A stretch of 63,576 nucleotides of DNA, counting the filler, from Atractiella rhizophila (lineage: Eukaryota): the NCBI GenBank assembly GCA_021432655.1. It is 8 parts of 8 records of this genome, joined end to end, with 100 filler letters (N's around TTAATTAATTAA, not from the genome) between each part and the next. Parts side by side here need not be neighbours in the genome. Positions count along the whole stretch, not along the records: positions 47,843 to 55,664 come from MU272193.1; positions 55,765 to 63,576 come from MU272194.1; 6 more parts are not named here. One strand, written 5' to 3'. The notes under the pieces were generated by a model that saw nothing but the letters and a program-made list of their open reading frames with translations, was not told the origin of the DNA and did no database searches. Positions 49,906 through 62,200 of this stretch are shown piece by piece (the first letter of the stretch is position 1; every line of letters begins with the position of its first letter). A program made the position numbers and the translations under genes.

Positions 49906-52900
49906 ATGGGTTATACCGCCAATGAAAGATTGCTATTTACTACTACAATAAGCTACTATTATGATACGCTTGCTCCTGCGCTCTCAGCGATACTATCAGA
50001 TCGCACCCAGTTCGACAATGAGGACTATTTGCTAAACTTTTCTTTTGAGCAAATGTCTTTTTGGACTAATGAATCAGACATTGCGTTCTCTGAATAGACA
50101 GCAGCGTCACATGTCACAGGGAAGTATTCGATGGAAGTGGCTACGTTTTCTTGAGCAGACCACGAGATCTATATGACAGGTCTTTCGTTTAGACCTTTTA
50201 AAATTCAAAATAATATATGCTAACCCAATTTCTACAGGCATCGTTGTTATGGACTCGCAGAACCTCCGAGTAAATCAAGACTTTGTCAACGAAGCCATTT
50301 TTCTTTCTAACACCCTCGACCTGTCCGAAGCACAAGCCTGTTCACTCCTCCGCGCAACTGCCCATTCTGCCGAAGCTGCCATAACACTTTTCCATCGCGA
50401 ACGCCTCTTCTGCATCCGATGTCTCCAGGAAATTTGGCGAGGCGCTTTGATGCCAATGGAGGAGAATGAAGAGGGATACGAGATTAAGCGATACCTCGAA
50501 GAATTCGCTCGGACCTTGGAAGCGGAGCTAGTGCCAGTCAAACGTGGACAGACAGCGAAAGGGAAGTGGCAGGAAAGACTCTGGGGAGAGATTGAGACAT
50601 TGGGCGAGTGGGAAGCCCAGATCAGGAAGGAACTAGACCTCGAGAAGAGGAAGCAAGCTGCTACTGTTGTGCCCGCGGCAACCACCTCTTCAAGCTTTGG
50701 ATCCAACTTCAGTTTCCTGAAACAGACCTCTTCACCCTCAGCGACGACCAACCCTCAGGCGTCAACATCTACAGCGCCACCGAAATCTTCACCACAAACT
50801 CTCTCTGAGACCGTCCAGACAACTCGAATCGAACTTGTCCGTGCGGAGAAGAAGGAGCTCGCGTATCTCTTGAACCTGATTGCTTTCGGGCGTCAGTTGA
50901 ACAAGAACGTGATGTTTAAAATGATGGAATGGCTTTCGAAAATCGAGAAATCCTCAGAAGAAGGCGTCGTCATTCCGATCCTCCTTACCTTCGTGATTCA
51001 ATTCGACACGTCCAACTACAAAAAGTATGATGCGTACCAAGATGACGAGCAGGTCCTTCCTGCAGAATGGATGCTGAACGACATTGGCTTTCTCTCCAAG
51101 CTCAACGATCTTGCGCGAAAGCCGTGGAGATCGCCTCCTGTCCGAGCCGTCTTTCTCATCCTGTGGTCTCTGTACCTCGTTTATGCTATGCTTCGCAAAG
51201 CAGGTTTAGAGAAAGAACTCAATTTTTATGGCGAAGAGATTGCAGCGATGGCCGAACGTGCGATTCTCGACGGCGCGCTCAGTTTCATTGCAATTGATAT
51301 TCTTGCATTTCGAAAACCACTCGATGACGTCTCTCCAACAAATCACTTTACCTATTTGGGCGAGAACGGGAAGGGAGAACCGCTTCTGGATTCGGTCGCG
51401 CAAAAAGACTTACTTGTTGAATATCTCCGAAGGCTCATCACATCCTTCATAAGTACCATGCTGAATACTATTCGTAAGCTGAAAAACCGAGAAGAGGATT
51501 TGATTACGGGTGCGGCACTGAGCAGCTCTCAACATGGTGGTCGAGCGAGAGTCAGTGAACCGAACATCCGACACGACACGGAGACGCTATTCTATCTCAT
51601 CGCATCCTTGTATCAAGGCGAACCAGACGCGGCAATAGAATTTTGGAACGAAGACGATGACGAGTCTGCTCCTAAGACCCCTCAACGTCGGAAATCGTCC
51701 GGTCGCTCGGGTGGATCTCATCCCCTCCCATACTTTATTCGGTGGGGAGTGGATTGTCGCACTCCAGCCATGATGTCCGCCTTCTACCGAATGCTTGGAT
51801 CGCTCGCTGAAGGACCAACGTGTTCCGCGCTCGCTTTTCACTTTCTGAATGGCGGAGGTGGTGGCATGGAAGTGGATGCTAGTAGTGGAGGTTCTTGCTC
51901 TTGGAATGAGCTCTTTGGTGCCTTGCAGTTTTATGCGGAGCAAGTCGCCGTTACCAACCCCTCAGCTCAAACTCAAACTACAAGCTCCTTTACCACGACA
52001 TCACAGCAGCAGACTCGAAATGTTGGAGAGATTCCCCCCGTCGAGGTTGAACTGCTTAAAAGCTTTCTAAAACTCCTTACCACCGTCGTTCGTTACTCCC
52101 CCCTGGCTCGCACCTCTCTTTGGGATAATCAACGCTACCGTCCAGCCACCACGCTCTTCGCACTTCTCGTGCGGTATATCCCCGTTGACTTGAAAGCCAG
52201 TTTGCTGGACGCAATTTCTGCTTTCGGCGGCGGTAATTGGGACATGGCGAAGAGGATTTGGGTAATGTTAGAGGCCAGCCAGATTCTCCCCTGCGTGACA
52301 ACCTCGTCCATGTTCCCTCAAAACAGCAGTTTCCTTGGACGTGGAATTGGGAATCAACAGCAGAGGCAGATGGGCGGAGTTGTGGCTGAATTGGAAGAGG
52401 TAGAGAGCCCGAACAAGACCTATCCCGGAACAACAGCTTTTATCAATCTTCTGGTCCAACTCATTCATCAGCCATCTAAACTAGCGTTTCTCAAGAGGCT
52501 GAACGAGGAGGGTGCAGGAACCATACCTGAGAACCTAGGTTCTGGAAGGAGGCAACCCGGTATTGAGCCCTACGTAAAGTTTGTTCTTGAAGATGTCTTT
52601 CTCAAGACGAAAACCCGAGAATACTTGCAATCTGAGGAACGCTGGAAAGTCACCGAGAGCTGCTTACATTTTTTTGAGCGTTGCTTGGCTACTTATAATC
52701 TTGAAGGATTTCTCAAGGGAAGCGCATTGACTGGACCGACAACCGATTTGACAGCTCCAGGATCACCCCTAGCTTCAATTGTTATTCATCCCGGATTTGA
52801 TCTCATGCTCAAGTTTTTAGGGGATCCGACCCTTCTCCTGGAACTCTTCGACATTTTGTCCACCGCTACACGTCCAGAAATCGTAATTCCCAGCCCGCTG

Positions 52901-55664
52901 TTGACTCTGTCAGTGCTTCGTTGTATGAGGATTCTTGCTAGGATATCCGAATTACAAGACGCTTTCATTGACGTCGTCGCCCCAACAATTCTACCTTTCA
53001 GTGCTCAACTTCCCACTGAACGGATAAACGCGTTGGGAGCGATTGTGCCGTTGGAACAACATTTTCTCTATTCCGCACAAATGGTCATCAAAATCGCCTT
53101 GCTTGTTAACTCCTCCCAAGAACCAGAAACCACCTTGCTGGCCGTTAAAGTCCTGTCTGCCATTTCCAAATCTCCCATCTTTACTCAGGTCGACCGATTT
53201 CGAGACGCTGGCCGAGGCGTCAGGATCAACCGCTTATTGGGGCTAATTGATTCCAGCGACGAAAGGGATAGGATTCTAGGCGGTTTCATTGAGTGTTTAC
53301 AAGGTGACCTAGCTCTAGAATACGTCTTGGAAGATAAGGAAGACGTAATTGAGGAAAGTCCCTACTTCCGGAGTGACACCGCTAGCCTCATTCGGAGCGA
53401 AATCCTCGAACTTCTTCTGAGCAATACGCTTTCGTACAGGCCAGGTGCGTCACTTATTCACGATTGCTCGTCATCCCTAAATGTGATTAGGTCCCAACTT
53501 CGCACACTTACTGCTGGGATTCAATCTCAGTCCTGCTCAGAATGAAGTCGCCATAGAATATACTTCAGAAGTTGTCAGCTCACTTCTTGATATTATCCTT
53601 GAATTTATGGAATCCAATTCCTCACCACCTCATTCCGTGGGGCTGAGGACGCTCGACAAGGATCCTCATTTGACAGAACAGTGCTATCGCTTGTTACGAC
53701 AACTTTGCGTTCACGATTACTCTTCAACGGCAACTATTCAATATCTCTGCTCGAGGGATAACTTCTTGTTGAGCCAAATAGATGGGACACCATTTCGAGT
53801 ACCGGCGTCGCCGGGTAAAGGGAAAGGGAGATTTATTTCTCCTGATCGTACAGTAGAGACGACAGCCAGTGCAGTCGCAACCGCTTTACTCTCGGAAGCT
53901 GGATTGTTGGAATCGTTGGCTCTGGAACTTAACTATTTCATGGCTAACAACCAGACCGCACAAGCTACACAACTCCTTTCAGCATTGTATAGCCAGACTG
54001 TCGAAGATGCCGACGGAGATGGTGATGGAAAAGCCGAGAATGTCCAAACTCTGCCCCGTATTCTAGAAATCTTCTTTTCGCTGGACTTTCAGTGGCAAGA
54101 TCTTATTAACATTCCCCCAAAATCTTTGGAGCTGCTAGCTGGATTGTCGACGGATGACTGCGTACACGCAAATACCTATGGATGCGAGGTCTACAGCATG
54201 AGGTCTCTCTACGACTTGTTGGATGCTGCTCGTCGACACCTTCGCAACAGTGGCAGACTAGGAAGCCAGGGGGAAGAGGAAGCGTTTCGTCAGGAAGCTA
54301 CATACCTAGTCCAAGCTCACATCGTGCAAAATCACCGGCGAGTCATCCAATTTGCGAGGCACCGTACACTACGTGCTTGGAAAAACCTCTTGGACCTTTC
54401 ACTTTCGAAAAGCCTCGGTTTGCTGCCGATTGATGGCCGCCATGGCCTTCTGCTGGATCTCATGATGGCGATACTTCCGCCGCTGATCAATGGAGCTCTA
54501 GAGGACGATAACGAGCTTCTAAGCAGCGCCAGTGTTCTTCTGATGACACGACTCCGGGACGAAGGAATGAGACTTTCGACATTAGAAGAAGCCCAAGGAA
54601 TACATCAAGGAGACGTTGCCATCGATAGGCTGCATCGCATCCTCAAGAGTATCATTCAAGCGATAGCGGTAGCAGGACCAGTAGCGAGCGTCAGGACTAA
54701 TTTATACACCGTTCTGCTCAACTACCTCCAGTACTCTTTTAAGATCGTCTCTTCGGAAGGGCGGGAAGATGCTGCTGTAGATGAGCTCGCCGTCGGGGAC
54801 AACTTCTCCTTGGACGGCTCAGTCTCTTCCTTTATCACAAACAAAGTGAACCAGACCGCAAATGCCCTTACGACCGGCAATCTGTCTATCATCCAGTCTG
54901 CTTTTGACCGTTTATTACCTATCATTTGTCGAGATGCTAGTATGGGTACGGACATCACGAAGACCCTTGCATTCACCTTGTTAGATACCCTAACCTTGAC
55001 TGTCCAAAAAGGTCGACTAGAGTCTGCTTTCATTTCTACGTTGGCGAAGCAAGGATACTTGAATGCGTTTTGCAAATCTTTCAAGGAGACAGAAGGAGAC
55101 ATTTTCGACGTTCTCAAGTCTGATCCTGGTTCGTGCATCGTCCACTGCGGAAGATCAAGCTGACTATTATTCAGAGTCGTTGAATGCTATTTATGTCTAC
55201 GAGGCCAAAATGTCCTGCCTCTTACGCCTTGCGACCATTAAGGACGGCGCGGAAAAGCTGATAGAATCACGAATATTCGAATGCCTGGTTAATTGCGAAT
55301 TCCTCTCAGCAAGACCTCCATCGGATCCCAGTGGCATGGGTGAGCAATCTGTTTTTCGATCACCTTTCTTTACATTGGTATAGTAGTCGACAACTTTGTG
55401 CCACCTGTTATCGAACGTCACCACCAACTGCTCCTTCCAGCTTTGCAGCTAGTTACATCAATATTATTTTCGTACCCGAACGCCCCGCCTCACAGGATTC
55501 GCAGCCTTGCCTGGACCTTCGTGCAGTCACAACGTGAGATTCTACTAACGACGTTGCGAGATGCACATCGAGCGAGGGGCGGATATACAATCCTCAGAGA
55601 AGCAAGATTGGTCGTGTTCTTGCTGCGAACATGTTGGGCGGTCATACCCGAAGATGAATTAGTG
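49906..55664 (+). CDS. NUP192: Nuclear pore scaffold nucleoporin Nup192/Nup205, 3'-truncated; 5' exons uncertain
   Basis: VNQDFVNEAIFLSNTLDLSE...FHRER, LKNREED, ELEEVESPNKTYPGTTAFINLL, IPENLGSGRRQPGIEPYVKFV, ERWKV, HPGF and YVYEAKM. More than 1700 aa of helical-solenoid-like sequence. Confidence 0.88.
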
Positions 55665-55764
55665 NNNNNNNNNNNNNNNNNNNNNNNNNNNNNNNNNNNN
55701 NNNNNNNNTTAATTAATTAANNNNNNNNNNNNNNNNNNNNNNNNNNNNNNNNNNNNNNNNNNNN

Positions 55765-56220
55765 CAAGAAGGTGCAGAGGGAGGAGAATGTAGGTTCATC
55801 AACAGCCATCGCACATTCTCAATCGTCCGTTGGCTCTCCGAGACCTGCCTCAACAATTTCCGGTTCCTGCCTCGTTTTTCCTTCTCCTCCTCGTCCTCTT
55901 CTTCAAACACGTCCTCCAGGAAGACCGCATCGAGCTTCTTTTGGACCTCCTTCTCCCGCTCACGCTCCAGTTCCCCTTCGTATTCCGTCAATAGGGACTG
56001 ATAGTTCTCGAGGAGAGACGTAGTAAGAGGATATCTATCAGGAATTGTAGGACACAGCGGTTGGGCAGGGGAAGTGGTCTGGAGGGAAAAAGGAATCGAC
56101 ATCTTCGCTGCTAATATTCGGTGGCTGACAGGGGATGACCGTACTGAAGTTGAGAGCCGAGATGGCAGAATATATAGGATATCGGTCTGGTCCCGAAGAC
56201 GGATGCCACGATCAACTAAA
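55765..56220 (-). CDS. Fragment of a hypothetical acidic/coiled-coil protein, 3'-truncated; start unresolved
   Basis: Open frame LLENYQSLLTEYEGELEREREKEVQKKLD...IENVRWLLMNL with flanking splice-like signals. I could not build a consistent 5' end. Confidence 0.4.
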
Positions 56221-56929
56221 GATCTTGTCTAATAGAAATGAGCAGGGAGCGAATAAAGCTTACAATAGTAACAACACAAGAGTCTTGACCTTGTTCCTCG
56301 ATTCTCTCATCAAAGAAATTTGAGGAGTCCGTTCGGGATGACAGAGCAATCGGTTGCGTCCCGATAGCTCGCCTCCTCGATAGCGAGCTGGAATCTCTGT
56401 CAGGGGCTGTAGCGGGGGTACGATGGCGAATGGTGATGGCCAGAACGGAGGAAAACGAAAGGGTCGAATAGTCGAAGGGGACGTTATAAATCTTGTGGCA
56501 CGTTCTCCATCAACTTTGTTTCCCTATTCCAGTTGCCCTCAATAAAGCTGGTCGTTTAAACAAGGACAGGAAGAACCTGTTGCTAATCAAGTGCGGAACG
56601 TGAAAGCGGGAGGCCGGTGTTAGTTCGGTTATAATCCGAGTTCTTAGTCTGAGTCCTATCAAAGGCGGAGCACTCCGTATTTCAACGCTGGAGCGCTGGA
56701 GAGCTGGCCTATGAGCATGAGCATGGCGGATAGACCTTTGCGCAGCAACACAAGCTGTAGTGATATGTCGAAACATTAAGATGCCAATTCCTAAAATTAT
56801 TGTGCTGTTGACATGCTTCCACTTTCCATCCAATTTTCTCAATGCTCAAGACCCCAACGTCCCGAATCATAGTACCTTTGGGCTATGTTAGACTTCTCCA
56901 ACGTGCAAACATCGAAGGAAGTTTCAACA

Positions 56930-57856
56930 TCAATCGGCCTCCCTCTCTGCGATCGGATTGGCGTGAATCGTTATCTTTGACAATTGCTCAGCTTGATACG
57001 CAAAAGGTAGGAGCTGACGAACAGAATTCAGCTTGATCTCCACCGTCGGTCGATACTTTTCACCCACCGGCGTACGTTCCATCGCATCCAATGTTGTTTC
57101 CGCGCCATCAATCACTCTGTACATCAGACGAACATTTCGATCCTCAGTATGAGAAAGGATGACATGATATAAAGAAAATGCGTACTTCCCAAATATTGTA
57201 TACTTGGCATCGAGATGGTTCTGTTTAGCATATGTGACGAAGAACTGGCTTTTGTTCGTGTCTGGGCCAGAGTTTGCCATTGCCACCATTCCTCGAGCGC
57301 TGAACTATCACAGTGAAGTGTAGTCAGTCTATCATCTCTGCTCTGGATAAGAAATACTTTGAGAGTTGATCGGATCTCATCGTTAAATGCCTTCCCCCAA
57401 ATGGACTGGCCACCTTTTCCTGTGCCAGTCGGGTCACCTGTCTTGTTTATTTCAGCTTCCATAATTTATGAAGCATGAGAGAGGTACTTGAATCATAAAC
57501 CCCTTTATATTTCTTTTTAATAGTCAGCCTAGCTATCATGTTTTCGAACTCGCAAGAGGACAACGAACCGATGCCACAAACATCCATCGTAATATCCTGA
57601 TGCGCAAAGCGCAAGAAAGTTCTACTGTCACTCTATTAGTCCTTTATACCCGGTAGATCAAAGGAAAGGACATACTTCAGCTGTCTTGGGAACGGTTTCG
57701 CAGAACACTTCGATCTTAATGAATACTCAGTTTGGATTTGGACGGGAACTGGGAGTAGGACGTACTTTGAGATCTCCGAGCGATGTATGGAGAGTTACGG
57801 ACTATATAATCGTGTGTTAGTGGGAATTATATGCGGGGAAGGGTAGTACTCACCAT
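56930..57856 (-). CDS. PPIL3: Cyclophilin-type peptidyl-prolyl isomerase, PPIL3/Cyp10 type (9 exons)
   Basis: [39 protein letters not shown]...[26 protein letters not shown]...|...[15 protein letters not shown]...|...|ITIHANPIA. Confidence 0.93.
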
Positions 57857-59959
57857 TTCGCTTTATGCAGTTGGCTGCTTACGCCATGAAAATTGGAGAA
57901 TAGTGCACGTGACTTGAATCTTGACTTTTCGAGAGGAAGTTCGGAGCAAGGAGAGGTGTTGGTTCCAATGACATTGAGAGTGCTTCCGGATAGAGCAGAT
58001 CGCAGGCACTAGCAGGGCTATAAATGAATGGAAATGGCGAGTGTGAGTCGAGTTCCTGCAAACAACTTGAAGTCTAGTTCTTGCAATTTGGCGCTCATTA
58101 TATGGAGCGGTGCGTGGCCATTTCGCTTAAAGCACCTTCACTTCCGAATCATTCACGCCATATGCGAAACTTACTGTAATAGGAAGAGCAACCGTGACCG
58201 CTCATTGCTACATAGTGTATTGTATTACGCTTTTCTTCCTTCAGCTCGTTGTGCTCTTTTGTAAGACGTAGAAGGCGTCGAGGAATTCTCATCCGAACAA
58301 CTTGTGCAACCAGGCTAAATACCATTATGAATTATGGAAGTTCTTGCATATCTGTGCCTCGGATTGTCAACTAACCGAGGTTGAAGGGTGACGGTCATTG
58401 TGGATTCCAGTACAAATTTCTGAGCATACTTACTTCGCTTTCTGATGTCTGCGCGCTTTAAATAAACTAACAATGGAAGAATGCTAGTTGCTGCACCAGG
58501 AGCAGAAATAGTTATTTCAGGCCAACAAAAAGGCTGCATAGCTCGAATAGGTGTTTCGCATATATATATTAGAACGGATTGAAAAGGCGGAATTCCTCTG
58601 GGCATGTACAGCGAGGCGGATACCCCGAGACCAATCTCACGAAGCAATGAGCGAGATAGCCGCCTGGGTACATCAGAAACGCTTTTAGTTCCATTTCATT
58701 TTTTCAAGAGAAACTCGAAAGCTTACGGAATAGGAGACAAATGGCCATCAACCAGCTGGGATAGTGTAACATGCGATTGCGAGAAACGGTCAAGCTTACA
58801 CCCCCCAAGATTAGAGCTGTAAATGTCAGCAAACACTAGCGGGAAGGATTTGAAGAAATGGTAGATGATAAAGTGCCCGCTAACCCATCAACAACTTTTG
58901 GGTCATAGAGACTCTTACGACAGTGCTAATAAATATTCACGAATGTTAGTCAATGGTGAGGTGGATAGATCAAATGAGATAGCTTCGTAGAAGACGTGTT
59001 GGACAGACCAGTTTGACCGGTCGATCTCGCTTTGCGACTGCAACGCCATATTATTTGTTAATTTCTCAACAGTTGAACACGTTTGAGAAGGATAGTATCA
59101 GTATCCACCGTATTTCTAGTAGAGTTACGGACAAGACAGTGAGAGCAAAACCACAAATTGCATGGCGCTCGTAAGGCGGCCAGCGGCACCCCAACAGTAT
59201 TGCTGGAAGCCCTGAACTTTTCGTCCTATCAGGGCGATGATGATACAGGGAGGAGCTAAAACTCCGGGAGATTCATCAAACGCAAAGTTTTCTTTGAACG
59301 CAATGATATCGAGGGTGGTGCAAGAAACGCAAAATCGACGCAAAATCTATGCCAGCTTGGGTATGATCTGACTGGAGACGAAGCTATGGACAGGAACTAG
59401 TCGCGAAGGAACGAGAGCTGGGAGAGACAGCGTGGTTGAGACCGTTCATGTGGATCAAATGGGATCAGGATCAGCTGTGCCCTGCGGAAGGGGCGAAGCG
59501 TTGGCTCAGGCTGGTCTTCACCTGTTTCCCCTGTAATCGCGTCATTAAATTTCCACATCAACAGATCAAGCATCTATGTGACGCAAGAGAAGAAGAATTC
59601 AGAAGAAAGTTAGGCGGTAGCTTGAGGAACCTGGATGGGAGCACGGTTACAACGGTTGACGCTGGAATAGAAGCCAAGTCAGCCGTTACTCTCCAGGTCC
59701 GCTGGGCCTAGCGGATTATAATGGGACTAATGTGCGGAGGAGGGACAAAATGGGTATAACCGAACCACTCGTCATCTGATATTGCCAACCAATTCCAGTC
59801 TTGCGAAAGAAGCATAGTGTTGACAGTGACCAGTGACACTTTGCCCAGATGATGTTGTGAAGACCGAATACATTGGTTCTACATCGATCTAAATACCGTC
59901 ACGCATTCGAACTCCTCAACCTCTTGCTGCTGTCTCTTTCTATCGTCACCCCTCTCCTC

Positions 59960-61927
59960 TTAGAACCTTGTGTCCCCCGAGAAACCGCCCGCCCCGTCCT
60001 CCCGACCCCGCCAAGTTCCGGTCTCATCCACTAGAGCTCGTCGTAACAATTCCCTCATAAAGGTGTGAGTAGCCATCTGACCAATCATACTATCAATCAG
60101 CTGCTTTTCTTCAGCTGCTGGGATTGCCGGAGCCCGTATGAGTCTCTGAAGATTGCGAATTTGAGCTACCAAGTCGCCGGGGGTGAACAAACGGTAAGAA
60201 AGGTTGAGGAAGAGATCCTGGAGTACTTGGTTAAGCTCGTGAGTGTTGACCTTGAGTGCGCCAGCACCGCTTGTTATGATTCCATTTCGGCCCGAAACTG
60301 TCGACTCGATGCTGTTCTGCATTCTGTCAAATGGAAGAAGTAAAGATCGGCGGGCTTCGTCTGACAATTCGCTTTGCGCGTACGATACAACGGTCCAGGT
60401 CAGAACATAAACGAATGACTCAATATCGTCTTCGGTGTCGTGTCGAATGGTCTGTTTTGAGTGGATTGCCCGTAAGAGTCGATGAGACATGAACTCGTAA
60501 GTGCCCTGTTCCACCGTGAACTACAACACGTGATTATTAAGAGAACTAACCGTTCGCTCAAGGGAAGCAACGGGATCGCTTTTCTTCTTCGCGAACTCCC
60601 AATCGATTAAATACCCCTTCGGTTCCTCTTCAACTGGGCCAAGAATGACGTTGCCGAATGAGATATCACGGTGCAGCATACCGAGATTGTCCCAAGCAGC
60701 AAAGTGAGCTGCGGCCCACCCCATGACGCATTAGTTGCACATCAGATCAAGATGGCAGCAAGCGTACCTTCAAAAGCGTCTGAGAATCCTTTCACGAGCT
60801 CATAACTAGACCTAAATTTATTGAGCGACCGTCCGACTTTATTCAAAACAAGTCGATAGTGGACCATCTCCCTTTTATATTTATCGTCCGCCGATAGCTT
60901 GACACGTTGGAATTTGCCCATTACATCACCTTCGGCAACAACCTGGAGAATATTTGGGACTTTATGCGCGTGTAACTCAGCGTAGACTTCGCCTTCCGAA
61001 CGGTACTCGGAATGTCGCCAGGTATCTTTGAGCAAGACGAGTCGTTTCTGTTCGGGGTCGTAAGCCTCGAAACACCTTGTTCCTCGACCGACAGGTTGAT
61101 TGTGACGAAAGATGAAGGGATCCGAAATATAGAACGCCTTGTTTTGCACCATCACTTTGAAGATTGGCTTCCCCACTATAACGTTGAGCTTCGCCTTAGC
61201 CTCTTCAGCATCACCGTCGCCCTCAAGAGGATCCTGCATCGTCGTGTCGTGTCCCCTTTCGGCATCGTTCGCGTGCGTAAAGCGCCAAAAGAATTTGCGG
61301 AGGTGTGGCGTCGCGACGTAGTCGAACAAAGGGGTCACAAGGAAGCCAGCACGGGAGTGACAGAGAAGACGAGCCGAGTGTTGCCTAACATAGAAAGAAA
61401 AAACTCGTGTTCTTTGTTGGGAAGAAAGAATGACGCTGCTGTAAATGGTGAGCTGACCACGCGCCCATTTCGCTGTCTGTGAGTTGCCTTCTATCACTCT
61501 GACATCCTTCTCAATCTTCTCGTCGCGAAAAGGTTCTTCCTTACGCGCCTTCTTGAACTCGCCAAACGATTCCTCTTTCTTCATCACTGTACCTGTCCCC
61601 AAGCGATCACTATAGAGGACCAGATCGGGTGTGACCCCAACGACTCCGAGCATTGGAAAGAAATCCCTGTCGGTCTTGTCGTTGGTGTTGACGAGCTGCC
61701 AGGTTTCTTTGATGAAAGGCTGCATGTACTTTATCTATTAAAGTGATATATTCGAAAAAGATTTTGAAAGAGACCAACGCACGCACAAAGGGATTGCAAT
61801 GAGAGGTTTCCAGACCTGACACATCTGGCACTGGGTAGGGACTGCTTTCTGGCATGTCCCCGTCCCAGTCGCATGGCAGCATGTCAAGAAATTCCTCCAC
61901 AGACACTGTAGCGTATTTCCCCTTCAT
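59960..61927 (-). CDS. Fungal-type protein kinase (FunK1 / Pkinase_fungal); start uncertain
   Basis: GRGTRCF, LLKDTW, HYRLVL...VGRSL, LHRDISFGNVIL, LIDWEFAK, RT|GTYEFMS and HDTEDDIESFVYVL. Confidence 0.9.
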
Positions 61928-62200
61928 ATCGCCGCAGAGGAAGTTGCAGGCAGCCTCGTTCTATCGCCGGAATGCTTTGGGGTCATGATGGGAGCAGTTG
62001 GCTAGCCGCTTCGCAGTGTCTTTTGTCTGCATCGAGTTGGTGGTGTCAACTGAATCAGGTGGGTGACAAGTGCGGTATCCGACACCGTACCACAGCAAAA
62101 TTGGCCGCGAACGCGACGCGAGGTTGCTCAACTGCTTACCACCAACTCTTCAACCTTCCAACTAATTTTACCCATTTCTCATACTCAAAACCTCTCTACA

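Noticed and set aside
50275..55138. Antisense ORFs over NUP192 (and similar shadows over DBP10, FunK1 and others)
   Set aside because: They are shadow frames of long coding exons with no independent protein features.
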